Positions 18,136 to 27,060 of a DNA stretch of 64,000 nt are shown in pieces. The first letter of the stretch is position 1; each line of letters opens with the position of its first letter. The notes below the pieces were generated by a model. That model saw nothing but the letters and a program-made list of their open reading frames with translations, ran no database searches and was not told the origin of the DNA. The translations under genes were made by a program, and so were the position numbers. This stretch comes from Vicinamibacterales bacterium (GTDB lineage Bacteria; Acidobacteriota; Vicinamibacteria; Vicinamibacterales; UBA8438): contig OZ219745.1 in the NCBI GenBank assembly GCA_964291605.2, positions 1,250,664 through 1,314,663 on the forward strand, written 5' to 3'.

Positions 18136-19508
18136 GCGCGCGTCGTCGCGGTCTGGACCGGCGGGCATTTCTCTCGCTGACCGGTGCGGCGCTCGGGGCC
18201 GCGCCGTTTCATGCGCTCGCCTGCCGGCACGCCGGCGCTCTCCGTCCCGACGTCGCGGTCCCCTCCGCGGACGGCCACGGCGGGTTGGCGCCGGTCCGTG
18301 ACGAAACCACTGGCCTCCCGCTGCTGCATCTCCCCAGCGGCTTCCGCTACTTGTCGTTCGGCTGGATCGGCGACCCGATCGCGGATGGACTGGCCACGCC
18401 GGGCCTGCACGACGGCATGGCGGCGTTTGCGGCGGGCGGCAGCCGGGTGCGGCTCGTGCGCAACCACGAGATCAGGACCGGCGGCGCGTTCGCCGCACGT
18501 CCGCTCTACGACCCGAACGGCGGCGGTGGCACAACGACAATCGAGTTCGATACGGCGACCGGCGCGGCGGGCCGCGCGTGGGTGAGCCTGGCCGGCACGG
18601 CGGTCAACTGTGCGGGAGGCATGACGCCGTGGGGATCCTGGCTCACGTGCGAGGAGACGGTGCTGGGACCGGGTGCCGCCGCGGCCTACGAGCGTCCGCA
18701 CGGGTACATTTTCGAGGTGCCCGCCGACGGTACGGCGTCAGCGGAACCGTACCGTGCGATGGGGCGATTCATCCACGAAGCGGTGGCGATCGATCCGGAT
18801 ACCGGCATCGTCTACGAGACGGAAGATCAGGTGACGGCCGGCGTCTATCGTTTCCTGCCTGTCGAGGCCGGCAACCTCGCCGCCGGCGGACGCCTCGAGA
18901 TGCTCGCCATCGACCGCGCTCCAGGCGCCGAGCTGCATGCCGGTCAGGCGGTGGGTGTCTGGCGGCCGGTCACGTGGGTGCCGATCGACGATCCCGATCC
19001 GGCCGACATCGGTCCGCAGAGCGTCTACGCGCAGGGCCGCCGCGCCGGCGGCGCCGAGTTCAGGCGTCTGGAAGGGATCTGGTACGGCGACGGACGGATC
19101 TACATCGTCTCGACCACCGGCGGGGATGCCGGGGTGGGGCAGGTATGGGAGTACGAGCCGTCCGGAGAGCGGTTGCGGCTGCTCTTCGAGTCGCCCGCCC
19201 GCGATGTCCTCGAGCTGCCGGACAACCTCTGCGTCAGCCCGCACGGCGGCCTCATGCTGTGCGAGGACGGCCTGCGGGAGAACTTCGTCCGGTGGCTGGC
19301 GCCGGACGGCCGGATCTTCCCGTTCGCCAGGAACAACGTGGTCTTGAACGGGGAGCGGAACGGCATAGTCGGCGATTTTCGCGCCCGCGAGTTCGCGGGT
19401 GCGACGTACAGCCCGGATGGCCGTTGGTTCTTCGTCAACGCGCAGATGCCCGGGGTCACCTTCGCCATCACGGGCCCCTGGGATCGGTGGATCGCTTCGA
19501 TCGCCTGA
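18132..19508 (+). CDS. Tat-exported DUF839/PhoX-like phosphatase-family protein
   Basis: Twin-arginine signal SARRRGLDRRAFLSLTGAALGAAPFHALA. NCAGGMTPWGSWLTCEE, GYIFEVP, GRFIHEAVAIDP, GATYSPDGRWFFVNAQMPGVTFAITGPW. GTG start overlaps the upstream stop as GTGA. Confidence 0.8.
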   Translation: MSARRRGLDRRAFLSLTGAALGAAPFHALACRHAGALRPDVAVPSADGHGGLAPVRDETTGLPLLHLPSGFRYLSFGWIGDPIADGLATPGLHDGMAAFAAGGSRVRLVRNHEIRTGGAFAARPLYDPNGGGGTTTIEFDTATGAAGRAWVSLAGTAVNCAGGMTPWGSWLTCEETVLGPGAAAAYERPHGYIFEVPADGTASAEPYRAMGRFIHEAVAIDPDTGIVYETEDQVTAGVYRFLPVEAGNLAAGGRLEMLAIDRAPGAELHAGQAVGVWRPVTWVPIDDPDPADIGPQSVYAQGRRAGGAEFRRLEGIWYGDGRIYIVSTTGGDAGVGQVWEYEPSGERLRLLFESPARDVLELPDNLCVSPHGGLMLCEDGLRENFVRWLAPDGRIFPFARNNVVLNGERNGIVGDFRAREFAGATYSPDGRWFFVNAQMPGVTFAITGPWDRWIASIA

Positions 19509-19584
19509 TGGAGCACAGGCTCTCGTCGACCCCTGAGTCGGTTTCCGGAGGGGGAGCCCGCCCGCGCCGACCGGCGGCTTCGAT

Positions 19585-22500
19585 ATGCCCGCCCTGATCA
19601 ATCGACTGCTCGGATCCGTGACGTCCATTCGAGACGAGGAGACCGCGTCGGCGTTCCTGATGTTCGCCTACTCCTTCCTCGCGATGACGTCGTACAACAT
19701 TCTGAAGCCCATCACCCGTTCGCAGTTCATCGCCGCGCTCGGCGCCGACAATCTGCCGTACGTGCTGTTCTTCGCCGGGATCCTGATCGGCGTAGTCATG
19801 CACTTCTATACCAGCGCCATTCGTCGCGTACCCCGCCAGCACGTGGTACCCCTCACGCAGGCGGCCATCGTCGGGCTGCTCGTCGTCTTCTGGGCGCTGC
19901 TGCGGACCGGCGCCGCGTGGGTCACGGTTGCCTTCTACTTCTTCGGTCTGATCCTCGGCATTCTCTTGATCAGCCAGTTCTGGACCCTGGCGAACGACAT
20001 CTTCGACGCGCGCCAGGCGAAGCGTCTGTTCGGATTCATCGGTGGCGGCGCCAGTCTCGGCGGCGCCTTGGGCGCCGCCATGACCGCGGCCATCGTCGAG
20101 GAAGTGGGCTCCGAGCAACTCGTGCTGGTCAGCGCCGCCGCGCTGGCCGGTTGCGCCGGGATTGTGATGCTCCTGCTCCGCCGGCACCGCGTGGGTGAAC
20201 AGACCGAGTTCGACGCATCCGAGGAGGGCGTCGGCGGTCGGGAGGCCGTCTCGCTGCTTGCCGAATCGCGCGCACTGCAGGTGCTGGCCCTGACGGTCGG
20301 GTGCGCCGCGGCGGGCGCTGCCGTCGTCGAGCAGCAGTTGAACATGGCGGCCGAAGCGCTGCGCGGCGGCGGCGGCGGCGACAGCATCGCGGCGTTCCTG
20401 GCCGAGATCACCGCCTATCTTTCGATCGCGGGGTTCATCGTTCAGGTCGCGCTCGTCAGTCGCATTCATCGATCCGCCGGGATCGGAGTCGCCCTCCTTC
20501 TTCTGCCGATCGGCTTCAGCGTCAGCGCCGCGGTCATCCTCTTCACCGGTGCGCTCTGGGCGGTCGCCGGAGCCAGGGTGCTGGGTTCGACGATGCGCTA
20601 CACGCTGGACAAGACCACGCGTGAAGTGCTCTTCATCCCCCTCCAGGCCGCCCTGCGGCACAGGGTGAAGCCCTTTATCGACGTAACCATGGACCGCTTC
20701 GCTAAGGCGGTCACGGCAGTAGTTCTGCTCGTGCTGGTTCAGCCGTGGGGCCTGGCTCTGGATTGGCGCCAGTTGAGCTACGCCAGCCTTGCCATCACCG
20801 GACTCTGGATTGCCGTGTCGATACGAGCGCGGCGCGAGCACCTCAAGTCGTTCCGGGCGAGTATCGATGCACGCGTCATCACGCCCGATGCGGTCACGTC
20901 GAGCGCGGGCGAAGCCGTCACGGTCGAAGCGTTGGTGGAGGAGTTGGCCAACCCCGACGAGGACGGCGTCCTGTACGCCATCGAGATGCTGGAGGCGATG
21001 GACAAACCGCACCTTGTCACGCCCCTTCTGTTGCGTCACGAGTCGGCGTCCGTGCGGGTGCGAGCATTGGACGCCCTGGCCTCGGGCCGCTCCCGCGTGG
21101 CCGAGCGGTGGCGAGGCGCCGTCGAGCGGATGACTCGCGAAGACGATGTCGACGTGCGCGCCGCGGCGCTGACGGCCCTGGCGACGCTGACCGACCGGGA
21201 AGCCGCAGCCGGTGAGCGCAAGCATTCTCGTGGTCCGGAGCCCGAACCGGCCGCGTCGAATCCCGCCCACGGGAACACGGCGGCGCTGATGGCCAAACAT
21301 CTGGACGATCCCGAGCCTCGCGTGGCCGTGGCCGCGGCTGCCGTGCTTTCCCGTTCAACTCGGGAGGCGGACGTGAGCCTGGCCGCTTCGACCTTCCAGC
21401 GCCTCATCGAAGACGCACGGGATACGGCTTCAGCCGGACGCATGGAGGCCGCGCGGGCCCTCGCCGGCACCAGCGATTCTCGTTTCCGGATGCTGTTGGT
21501 AGCCCTGTTGCACGACCACGACACCGCCGTCGTGCGCGAGGCAATCCGGAGCGCGCGCTCTCTCGGCGCCTCGGACGGGCTGTTCCTGCCGGGCCTGATA
21601 TCGAGACTCGGTCATCGCACCCTGAAGAACCTGGCACGGGAGACTCTCGTCGGGTTCGGTGACGAGATTGTTCCGGCCTTGCGGTACGCGCTCGAGAACC
21701 CGCACGAGTACATCTGGGTCAAGAGGCACATTCCGTCCACGCTGGCCCTGCTCCCTACACAGGCTTCCATGGATGCGCTCATCGGCAGCCTCGATCACGT
21801 CGACGGCTTCCTGCGCTACAAGATCATTGCTGCAATCGAGACCATCAGGCGCAATGCCCCCGCGCTGGTCGCTCCGGCCCCGGCCGTGGAGGCGCTGCTC
21901 GTGAAGGAGTCGAACCGCTACTGCAACGTTCTGACGCTACGAAGCAACATTCGCGAGCGTGTTCCAGGGCCGGGCGTCACGCTGCTGGAACGCGCCCTTG
22001 GAGAGCGTCTCGAGCGAATCCTCGATCGAATCTATCGACTACTGGGCGTGTTGCACGAAGTCGGCGACGTCACCGCGGCTCGGCATGCGATAGAGGGCGG
22101 AGATCGGAAGCGTCGCACCCATGCGATCGAGTACCTGGACAACCTGCTCCGGGGCAATGTGCGCAAGACCGTAATGCCGCTCGTCGACGAGACGCCGATG
22201 TCGGCGAAGGTCGATCACGCCAATCGATTGCTCAAGACGAGGCCTCGCGATCTCGAGGATACGCTGGCGCAACTCATACACGACGCCGACCCGGTTGTCG
22301 CGGCCACGGCCATCCATTTCGCGGCCAACAAGGGTCCGACCAGCCTGACCGCTGACCTGGAGTGGGTTGATGCACACCGGTCGAGTACGCATCCGAGCGT
22401 GAGCGACACCGCGGCATGGGTTCTTTCGAGACACGCCACCACCGGCGGAGACGGTGCATCAGCCGCGGGTGGCCGACTCCCGACAGTGGAACTGGTCGAT

Positions 22501-23388
22501 AGATTGAGTCGTACCCCGATTTTCGAGTTCGTGACGGTCAACAACCTTTTCCGGGCCATCGAGTCGGGCCGGCAGGTCCAGTACGCGGCGAGGCAGGAAG
22601 TGGGGAGGGAAGGCACTACCGAGGCGGTCGAGTTGCTCATCGAAGGCGCCATCCACTTCGAGACCACGGGCGACGTGGGCGGAGAGCTGCGGGCGCCGAT
22701 TATCCTCGGCCTCGAGGAAGTGCTGCAGGGTGCTCCCACCACTCGCCGGACGTGGGCGAGTGAGCCGTCCGTTTGCATCCGCATACGGGCAACCGACTTC
22801 ATGTCCATGGTGTCCGACGACGTGCTGCTGGCCCAGGGGTTGTTCCGGTTCCTGCTTGCGCCCGGCGGTGAGCGACACGATGGGCTTCCGGCTCACCGGC
22901 CGCCATTCGGCGTCCCGCCGGATGAAATGCAGCCTTTCGACAAGGCAATGCTGCTTCGGCAGCATCCCCTGTTGGCGCGCGCGACGCCAAGCGATTTGGT
23001 CGCGCTCCTCAGTGTGGCGCGGGAGGCGGAGTTCTGGGAGGGAGAGACGCTCTTCCGCCAAGACGACATCGCGTCGCTGGGACTGGTGCTCGATGGGGTC
23101 CTGCAGCTCGAATCGGACGGCGCAGAGCCGGTTACCGTGGGACCCGGTGGAACGCTGCTGGTGGCACAGATGCTTGCCGGCTCGCGTGCGGGATGGCGCG
23201 CCCATGCCGTGCGGGGCGGGCGCATCCTGCGGGTGGAGCGAGACGACGTGTTCGCGGTGCTGTCCGAGCGGATCGACCTGCTGCAGGGGCTCTTCAGCGG
23301 CGCCCTCGCGACCGCGTCGTCGACGTTCTCGGAAAGAAGAGACGACGGGTTATCGGGCGTCGACGCCGCCGACGCGGCGAGCGTCTGA
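19585..23388 (+). CDS. 1267-aa fusion: Npt1/Npt2 (ATP/ADP-translocase-like, MFS-type) transporter, HEAT repeats and two cyclic-nucleotide-binding domains
   Basis: The N-terminal ~430 aa carry ~11-12 hydrophobic helices and FWTLANDIFDARQAKRLFGFIGGGASLGG, typical of TLC/Npt transporters. The middle has repeated HEAT-like units (VRVRALDAL.., DVDVRAAALTALA, EPRVAVAAAAVL). The C-terminus has two cNMP-like modules (..TPIFEFVTVNNLFRAI.. and LLRQHPLLARATPSDLVALL..GETLFRQDD). Confidence 0.75.
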   Translation: MPALINRLLGSVTSIRDEETASAFLMFAYSFLAMTSYNILKPITRSQFIAALGADNLPYVLFFAGILIGVVMHFYTSAIRRVPRQHVVPLTQAAIVGLLVVFWALLRTGAAWVTVAFYFFGLILGILLISQFWTLANDIFDARQAKRLFGFIGGGASLGGALGAAMTAAIVEEVGSEQLVLVSAAALAGCAGIVMLLLRRHRVGEQTEFDASEEGVGGREAVSLLAESRALQVLALTVGCAAAGAAVVEQQLNMAAEALRGGGGGDSIAAFLAEITAYLSIAGFIVQVALVSRIHRSAGIGVALLLLPIGFSVSAAVILFTGALWAVAGARVLGSTMRYTLDKTTREVLFIPLQAALRHRVKPFIDVTMDRFAKAVTAVVLLVLVQPWGLALDWRQLSYASLAITGLWIAVSIRARREHLKSFRASIDARVITPDAVTSSAGEAVTVEALVEELANPDEDGVLYAIEMLEAMDKPHLVTPLLLRHESASVRVRALDALASGRSRVAERWRGAVERMTREDDVDVRAAALTALATLTDREAAAGERKHSRGPEPEPAASNPAHGNTAALMAKHLDDPEPRVAVAAAAVLSRSTREADVSLAASTFQRLIEDARDTASAGRMEAARALAGTSDSRFRMLLVALLHDHDTAVVREAIRSARSLGASDGLFLPGLISRLGHRTLKNLARETLVGFGDEIVPALRYALENPHEYIWVKRHIPSTLALLPTQASMDALIGSLDHVDGFLRYKIIAAIETIRRNAPALVAPAPAVEALLVKESNRYCNVLTLRSNIRERVPGPGVTLLERALGERLERILDRIYRLLGVLHEVGDVTAARHAIEGGDRKRRTHAIEYLDNLLRGNVRKTVMPLVDETPMSAKVDHANRLLKTRPRDLEDTLAQLIHDADPVVAATAIHFAANKGPTSLTADLEWVDAHRSSTHPSVSDTAAWVLSRHATTGGDGASAAGGRLPTVELVDRLSRTPIFEFVTVNNLFRAIESGRQVQYAARQEVGREGTTEAVELLIEGAIHFETTGDVGGELRAPIILGLEEVLQGAPTTRRTWASEPSVCIRIRATDFMSMVSDDVLLAQGLFRFLLAPGGERHDGLPAHRPPFGVPPDEMQPFDKAMLLRQHPLLARATPSDLVALLSVAREAEFWEGETLFRQDDIASLGLVLDGVLQLESDGAEPVTVGPGGTLLVAQMLAGSRAGWRAHAVRGGRILRVERDDVFAVLSERIDLLQGLFSGALATASSTFSERRDDGLSGVDAADAASV

Positions 23389-23439
23389 CAACCGCGACGC
23401 GTCGCTTGATCGTCGCTCCTAGGAGCTGTTCTCGTCGCC

Positions 23440-24273
23440 ATGGAGGTTCTCATGCGCCGGACTTGCGCGTCTCCGATCCTTGCCACGCTCGTGCTCTGCG
23501 TGGCGTCGATTCAGGCCCAGGAAGCACGGCTACCGTCGCTGTCCCCGGCGGCCATGGAGGAGTTCCTGCTGCATGCCGAGCTGTCGGACATCCGCGATGT
23601 CGGCGTCGGCGTGACCGGCTCGCAACGAGCGGTCGCATCGGACGGCCGATTCAGTCACGACGTGCACATACAGAGCGTCGACATACGCAGGTCGGCGGCC
23701 AGAGTTGGCGATGGCCGGGTCGAGCGCAACTTCAGGGACAGCTATGCCTACAACATCGCCGCGTATCGCGTGGCCGTCCTCCTGGGAATGGACAACGTGC
23801 CCATGTCGGTTCCGCGCGACGTCAGGGGCGAGCGGGCCGCGGTCACGTGGTGGGTCGACGACGTCGCCATGACGGAACGCGAACGGACGGACCTGAGAAC
23901 GTACGGACCGGACCCGACACGTACCGTTCAGCAGTTCTACACAATGTACGTGTTCGATGAGCTGATTCAGAATCGGGACCGTAACCAGGGGAACATGCTG
24001 TGGACCAGCGACTGGAAGATGTGGCTCATCGACCATACCCGCGCGTTTCGTCCCGAGGTGGAAATCGCGGAGCCCGTCCGACTGACCCGTGTCCGCCGAG
24101 ACATGCTCGACAACTTGCGTGCCCTGACGCCGGACGCGCTCGATGACGCGACGGGCGATTATCTCGACGGATCGCAGAGATCGAGATTGTTGCAGAGACG
24201 CGACTTGTTGGTACGGCATTTCGACGAGCGTATCGCCAGGCTCGGCGCGGCCAGGGTACTCATCGAGAGGTAG
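23440..24273 (+). CDS. secreted protein with a PI3/PI4-kinase-like (atypical kinase) catalytic-loop signature
   Basis: Signal peptide MRRTCASPILATLVLCVASIQAQ. YAYNIAAYRVAVLLGMDNVP, then FDELIQNRDRNQGNMLW..WLIDHTRAF, resembling the DRHxxN catalytic loop and the ID(H/F)G activation segment of PI3/4K-like folds. Confidence 0.5.
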   Translation: MEVLMRRTCASPILATLVLCVASIQAQEARLPSLSPAAMEEFLLHAELSDIRDVGVGVTGSQRAVASDGRFSHDVHIQSVDIRRSAARVGDGRVERNFRDSYAYNIAAYRVAVLLGMDNVPMSVPRDVRGERAAVTWWVDDVAMTERERTDLRTYGPDPTRTVQQFYTMYVFDELIQNRDRNQGNMLWTSDWKMWLIDHTRAFRPEVEIAEPVRLTRVRRDMLDNLRALTPDALDDATGDYLDGSQRSRLLQRRDLLVRHFDERIARLGAARVLIER

Positions 24274-24293
24274 TCGTCGACTTTTTCCTGTTC

Positions 24294-25286
24294 CTAATCC
24301 TCGAACAGCATCACGAGCAGAGCCTTCTGCGTGTGCAGGCGGTTCTCGGCCTGATCGAAGACCACCGACGCCGTGCTGTCCATCACCGAGTCGGTCACTT
24401 CCTCGCCGCGGTGCGCCGGCAGGCAGTGCAGGAAGCAGGCGTCCGGCCCGGCGTGGGCCATGAGCGCATCGTTGACCTGGTAGGGCGCGAACAGCCGGCG
24501 GCGCACGGCGACCTCGGCCTCGCGGCCCATCGAGGTCCAGACGTCGGTGTAGACGGCGTCGGCCCCGCGCACCGCGGCCACCGGGTCGCGGAACCGGGTG
24601 AGCTCCGCGCCGTGGCGTGCGATCCGTTCGATGTCGGTGTCGACTTCCGGCGGGAGATCGAAACCGTCCGGCGACGCCACCCGCACGTGGATGCCGAGCA
24701 TCACCGCGGCCTGGGCCAGAGAGGTCGCCACGTTGTTGCCGTCGCCGACGAACGCCACGGTGCGTCCGCGCGGGTCGCCCCAACGTTCCTGAAGGGTAAG
24801 ACAGTCGGCAAGAGCCTGGCAGGGATGTTCCTCGTTGCTCAGCGCGTTGATGACGCGGAACGACGTGGTCGCCAGCGCCAGGTCCCGCAGCCGCGACTGC
24901 TCGTAGGTCCGGACCACCGCTCCGGCCACCCAGCGCTCGAGGCTGCGGCCGACGTCGGCGAGCGACTCGCGCTTGCCGAGGGCGACGTCCGCCGCAGGAT
25001 CGATGTAGTTGCCGCCCAGCTCCCGGATGGCGATCTCGAACGTGGACCGGGTTCGCAGCGACGGCTTCTCGAACAACAGTGCGATGTAGGTGCCCTGCAG
25101 CGCCGCCGATGTCGGGGCCTCCTTGCCCAGCGGCCGGTCGCGCTTGACGGCGGCCGATAGCGCCAGGCCGTGCTCCAGGTCGCCCGGTTCGAAGTCGAGG
25201 ACCGACAGGAAGCAGCGGCCCTCGAGGCTGCCGGCGCCGTGCGGCGAATGGGGCGCCGTCGGCGGCGCGGGGTGAGAGGTGGTCAC
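24294..25286 (-). CDS. argF: ornithine carbamoyltransferase
   Basis: FEKPSLRTRSTFE, HPCQALAD, VGDGNNV, HCLPAHRGEEV. The start is uncertain: GTG at 25286 lies 10 nt after the argJ stop, and the longest ORF reaches 25337. Confidence 0.88.
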   Translation of the reverse strand: MTTSHPAPPTAPHSPHGAGSLEGRCFLSVLDFEPGDLEHGLALSAAVKRDRPLGKEAPTSAALQGTYIALLFEKPSLRTRSTFEIAIRELGGNYIDPAADVALGKRESLADVGRSLERWVAGAVVRTYEQSRLRDLALATTSFRVINALSNEEHPCQALADCLTLQERWGDPRGRTVAFVGDGNNVATSLAQAAVMLGIHVRVASPDGFDLPPEVDTDIERIARHGAELTRFRDPVAAVRGADAVYTDVWTSMGREAEVAVRRRLFAPYQVNDALMAHAGPDACFLHCLPAHRGEEVTDSVMDSTASVVFDQAENRLHTQKALLVMLFED

Positions 25287-25296
25287 TTGCCTGGCT

Positions 25297-26511
25297 TCAG
25301 GTGCGGTAGTCCGCGTTGATGTGTACGTACTCGGCACTGAAATCGCATGTCCACATGGTGGCCGCGCCGGCGCCGCCGACGCCGAGGTCGACCGTGACCT
25401 CGACCTCGTGCTCCTTCAGGTGGGCGGCCGCCTCGCTCTCCCGCTCGGCGAAGATCGTCGTTCCGTCGTAGAGCGTGATCCCGCCGATTTGCACCACCGT
25501 ACGGTCCGGGTCGAACGCCACGCCGGCCCGGCCGGCGACCGCCACGAGCCGTCCCCAGTTCGGGTCGCCCCCGTTGAGCGCCGTCTTGACCAGCGGGGAG
25601 TTGGCGATGAGCCGTGCCGTCCGCCGCGCGTCCTGCCTGGATGCGGCGCCGGTGACGCGCACGGTCACCAGCTTGGTGGCGCCTTCGCCGCCGCGTACGA
25701 TCTCGCGCGCCAGTCCGGTGCAGAGCTCGTGCAGGCCGGCGACGAAAGCCGGATACGTCGCCTCGTCGAGTCGGACCCCGCTGGCCCCGTTGGCCAGCAT
25801 GAAGACGGTGTCGTTGGTCGAAGGCTCACCGTCCACGGTGATTGCGTTGAACGTGTCGTCCGCCACCTCGCGCAACGCGTTGCGCAGGGCCGCCGGATCG
25901 ACGGCGGCGTCGGTGGTCAGGAAGCCGAGCATCGTCGCCAGGTTCGGCTCGATCATCCCGGCGCCCTTCACCATGCCGCCGATGGTGAAGCTGCCGCGGG
26001 GCGTCGCAATGTGCAAGGCGGCTTCCTTGGGGCCGATGTCGGTCGTCAGGATGGCCTCGGCCGCGGCCAGATGCCCGTCGCGGCCGAGGACGCGCGCGGC
26101 CTCGGCGATGCCGGCCGTCACCTTGGCGGTATCGAGCCGCATGCCGATGACGCCGGTCGACGCGATGAGGACGTGCGCCGGATCGCAGCCGACCGCCTCG
26201 GCCGTCGCAGCGGCCATCGCGCGTGCGGCCTGCATGCCCTCCGCGCCGGTGCAGGCGTTCGCGCACTTGCTGTTGACGGCAATGACCCGCGCGTACCCGC
26301 CGGAGCGGGCGAGCTGCTCGCGGGATACCACGACCGGCGCGGCGACCGCGAGGTTCGTGGTGAAGAGGCCGGCGGCGCTCGCTACCTCGTCGGAGACGAG
26401 GAGAGCGAAGTCGAGCCCCGACGGCTTGAGCCCGCAGGCGACGCCCGCCGCGCGGAAGCCGGCCGGCGCCGTGATCCCGCCGCCGGCGTGGGTGATGGCC
26501 GGCACCGTCAT
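25297..26511 (-). CDS. argJ: bifunctional ornithine acetyltransferase / N-acetylglutamate synthase
   Basis: MTVPAITHAGGGITAPAGFRAAGVACGLK, autoprocessing region GMIEPNLATMLGF, end SAEYVHINADYRT. ATG at 26511 overlaps the upstream stop as ATGA. Confidence 0.9.
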   Translation of the reverse strand: MTVPAITHAGGGITAPAGFRAAGVACGLKPSGLDFALLVSDEVASAAGLFTTNLAVAAPVVVSREQLARSGGYARVIAVNSKCANACTGAEGMQAARAMAAATAEAVGCDPAHVLIASTGVIGMRLDTAKVTAGIAEAARVLGRDGHLAAAEAILTTDIGPKEAALHIATPRGSFTIGGMVKGAGMIEPNLATMLGFLTTDAAVDPAALRNALREVADDTFNAITVDGEPSTNDTVFMLANGASGVRLDEATYPAFVAGLHELCTGLAREIVRGGEGATKLVTVRVTGAASRQDARRTARLIANSPLVKTALNGGDPNWGRLVAVAGRAGVAFDPDRTVVQIGGITLYDGTTIFAERESEAAAHLKEHEVEVTVDLGVGGAGAATMWTCDFSAEYVHINADYRT

Positions 26512-27041
26512 CGCCAGGCTCCCGCGGTCCGCTTCAGGTCGAGCACGACGGCGTACTGCCGGCAGCGGCGGAACAGATCGCAGGTCTGGCAGTCGGCGGC
26601 GATCTTGGCCGGCACCCACGGGTGGGGCACGATGGAGAATCCGGCGCGCACGAACGGCCGCGCCTGGTGCGTGAAGGCGCAGAGCCGGGGAAAGTGCTGC
26701 GACACCGCCTCGGCGATCAGTGCTTCGAGCAGGCGGCGCCCCAACCCCGTCCCGCGCCGCGGCCCATCGACGACCAGCGAGCGTACCTCGGCCACGGTGG
26801 GGCTCAGGCGGGCCAGCTCGCCGCAACCGACGACGTCGTCACCCTCGGCGGCGACGAGAAAGCGGGGAACGTGCAGCTCCACTTCCCCAAGGGGCCGTGC
26901 GAGCAGGTGACCGGAGACGAGATTCTCGGTGATGAGCTCGTATACGCGTCCGGCGTCGGCGGCGGTGGCGGGACGGATCGCGATCTCGCCGGCGGGCGGT
27001 GTCGGGGGAACGGCGGCTGCAATCTGGGCAATGGTGGCCAT
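26508..27041 (-). CDS. GNAT-family N-acetyltransferase embedded in the arg operon (possible short N-acetylglutamate synthase)
   Basis: ATG at 27041 (MATIAQIAAAV). Acetyl-CoA motif VVDGPRRGTGLGRRLLEALI. C-terminal Cys cluster CQTCDLFRRC. Confidence 0.7.
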   Translation of the reverse strand: MATIAQIAAAVPPTPPAGEIAIRPATAADAGRVYELITENLVSGHLLARPLGEVELHVPRFLVAAEGDDVVGCGELARLSPTVAEVRSLVVDGPRRGTGLGRRLLEALIAEAVSQHFPRLCAFTHQARPFVRAGFSIVPHPWVPAKIAADCQTCDLFRRCRQYAVVLDLKRTAGAWR

Positions 27042-27060
27042 GGTTCGCGGGTCCGTCGCT

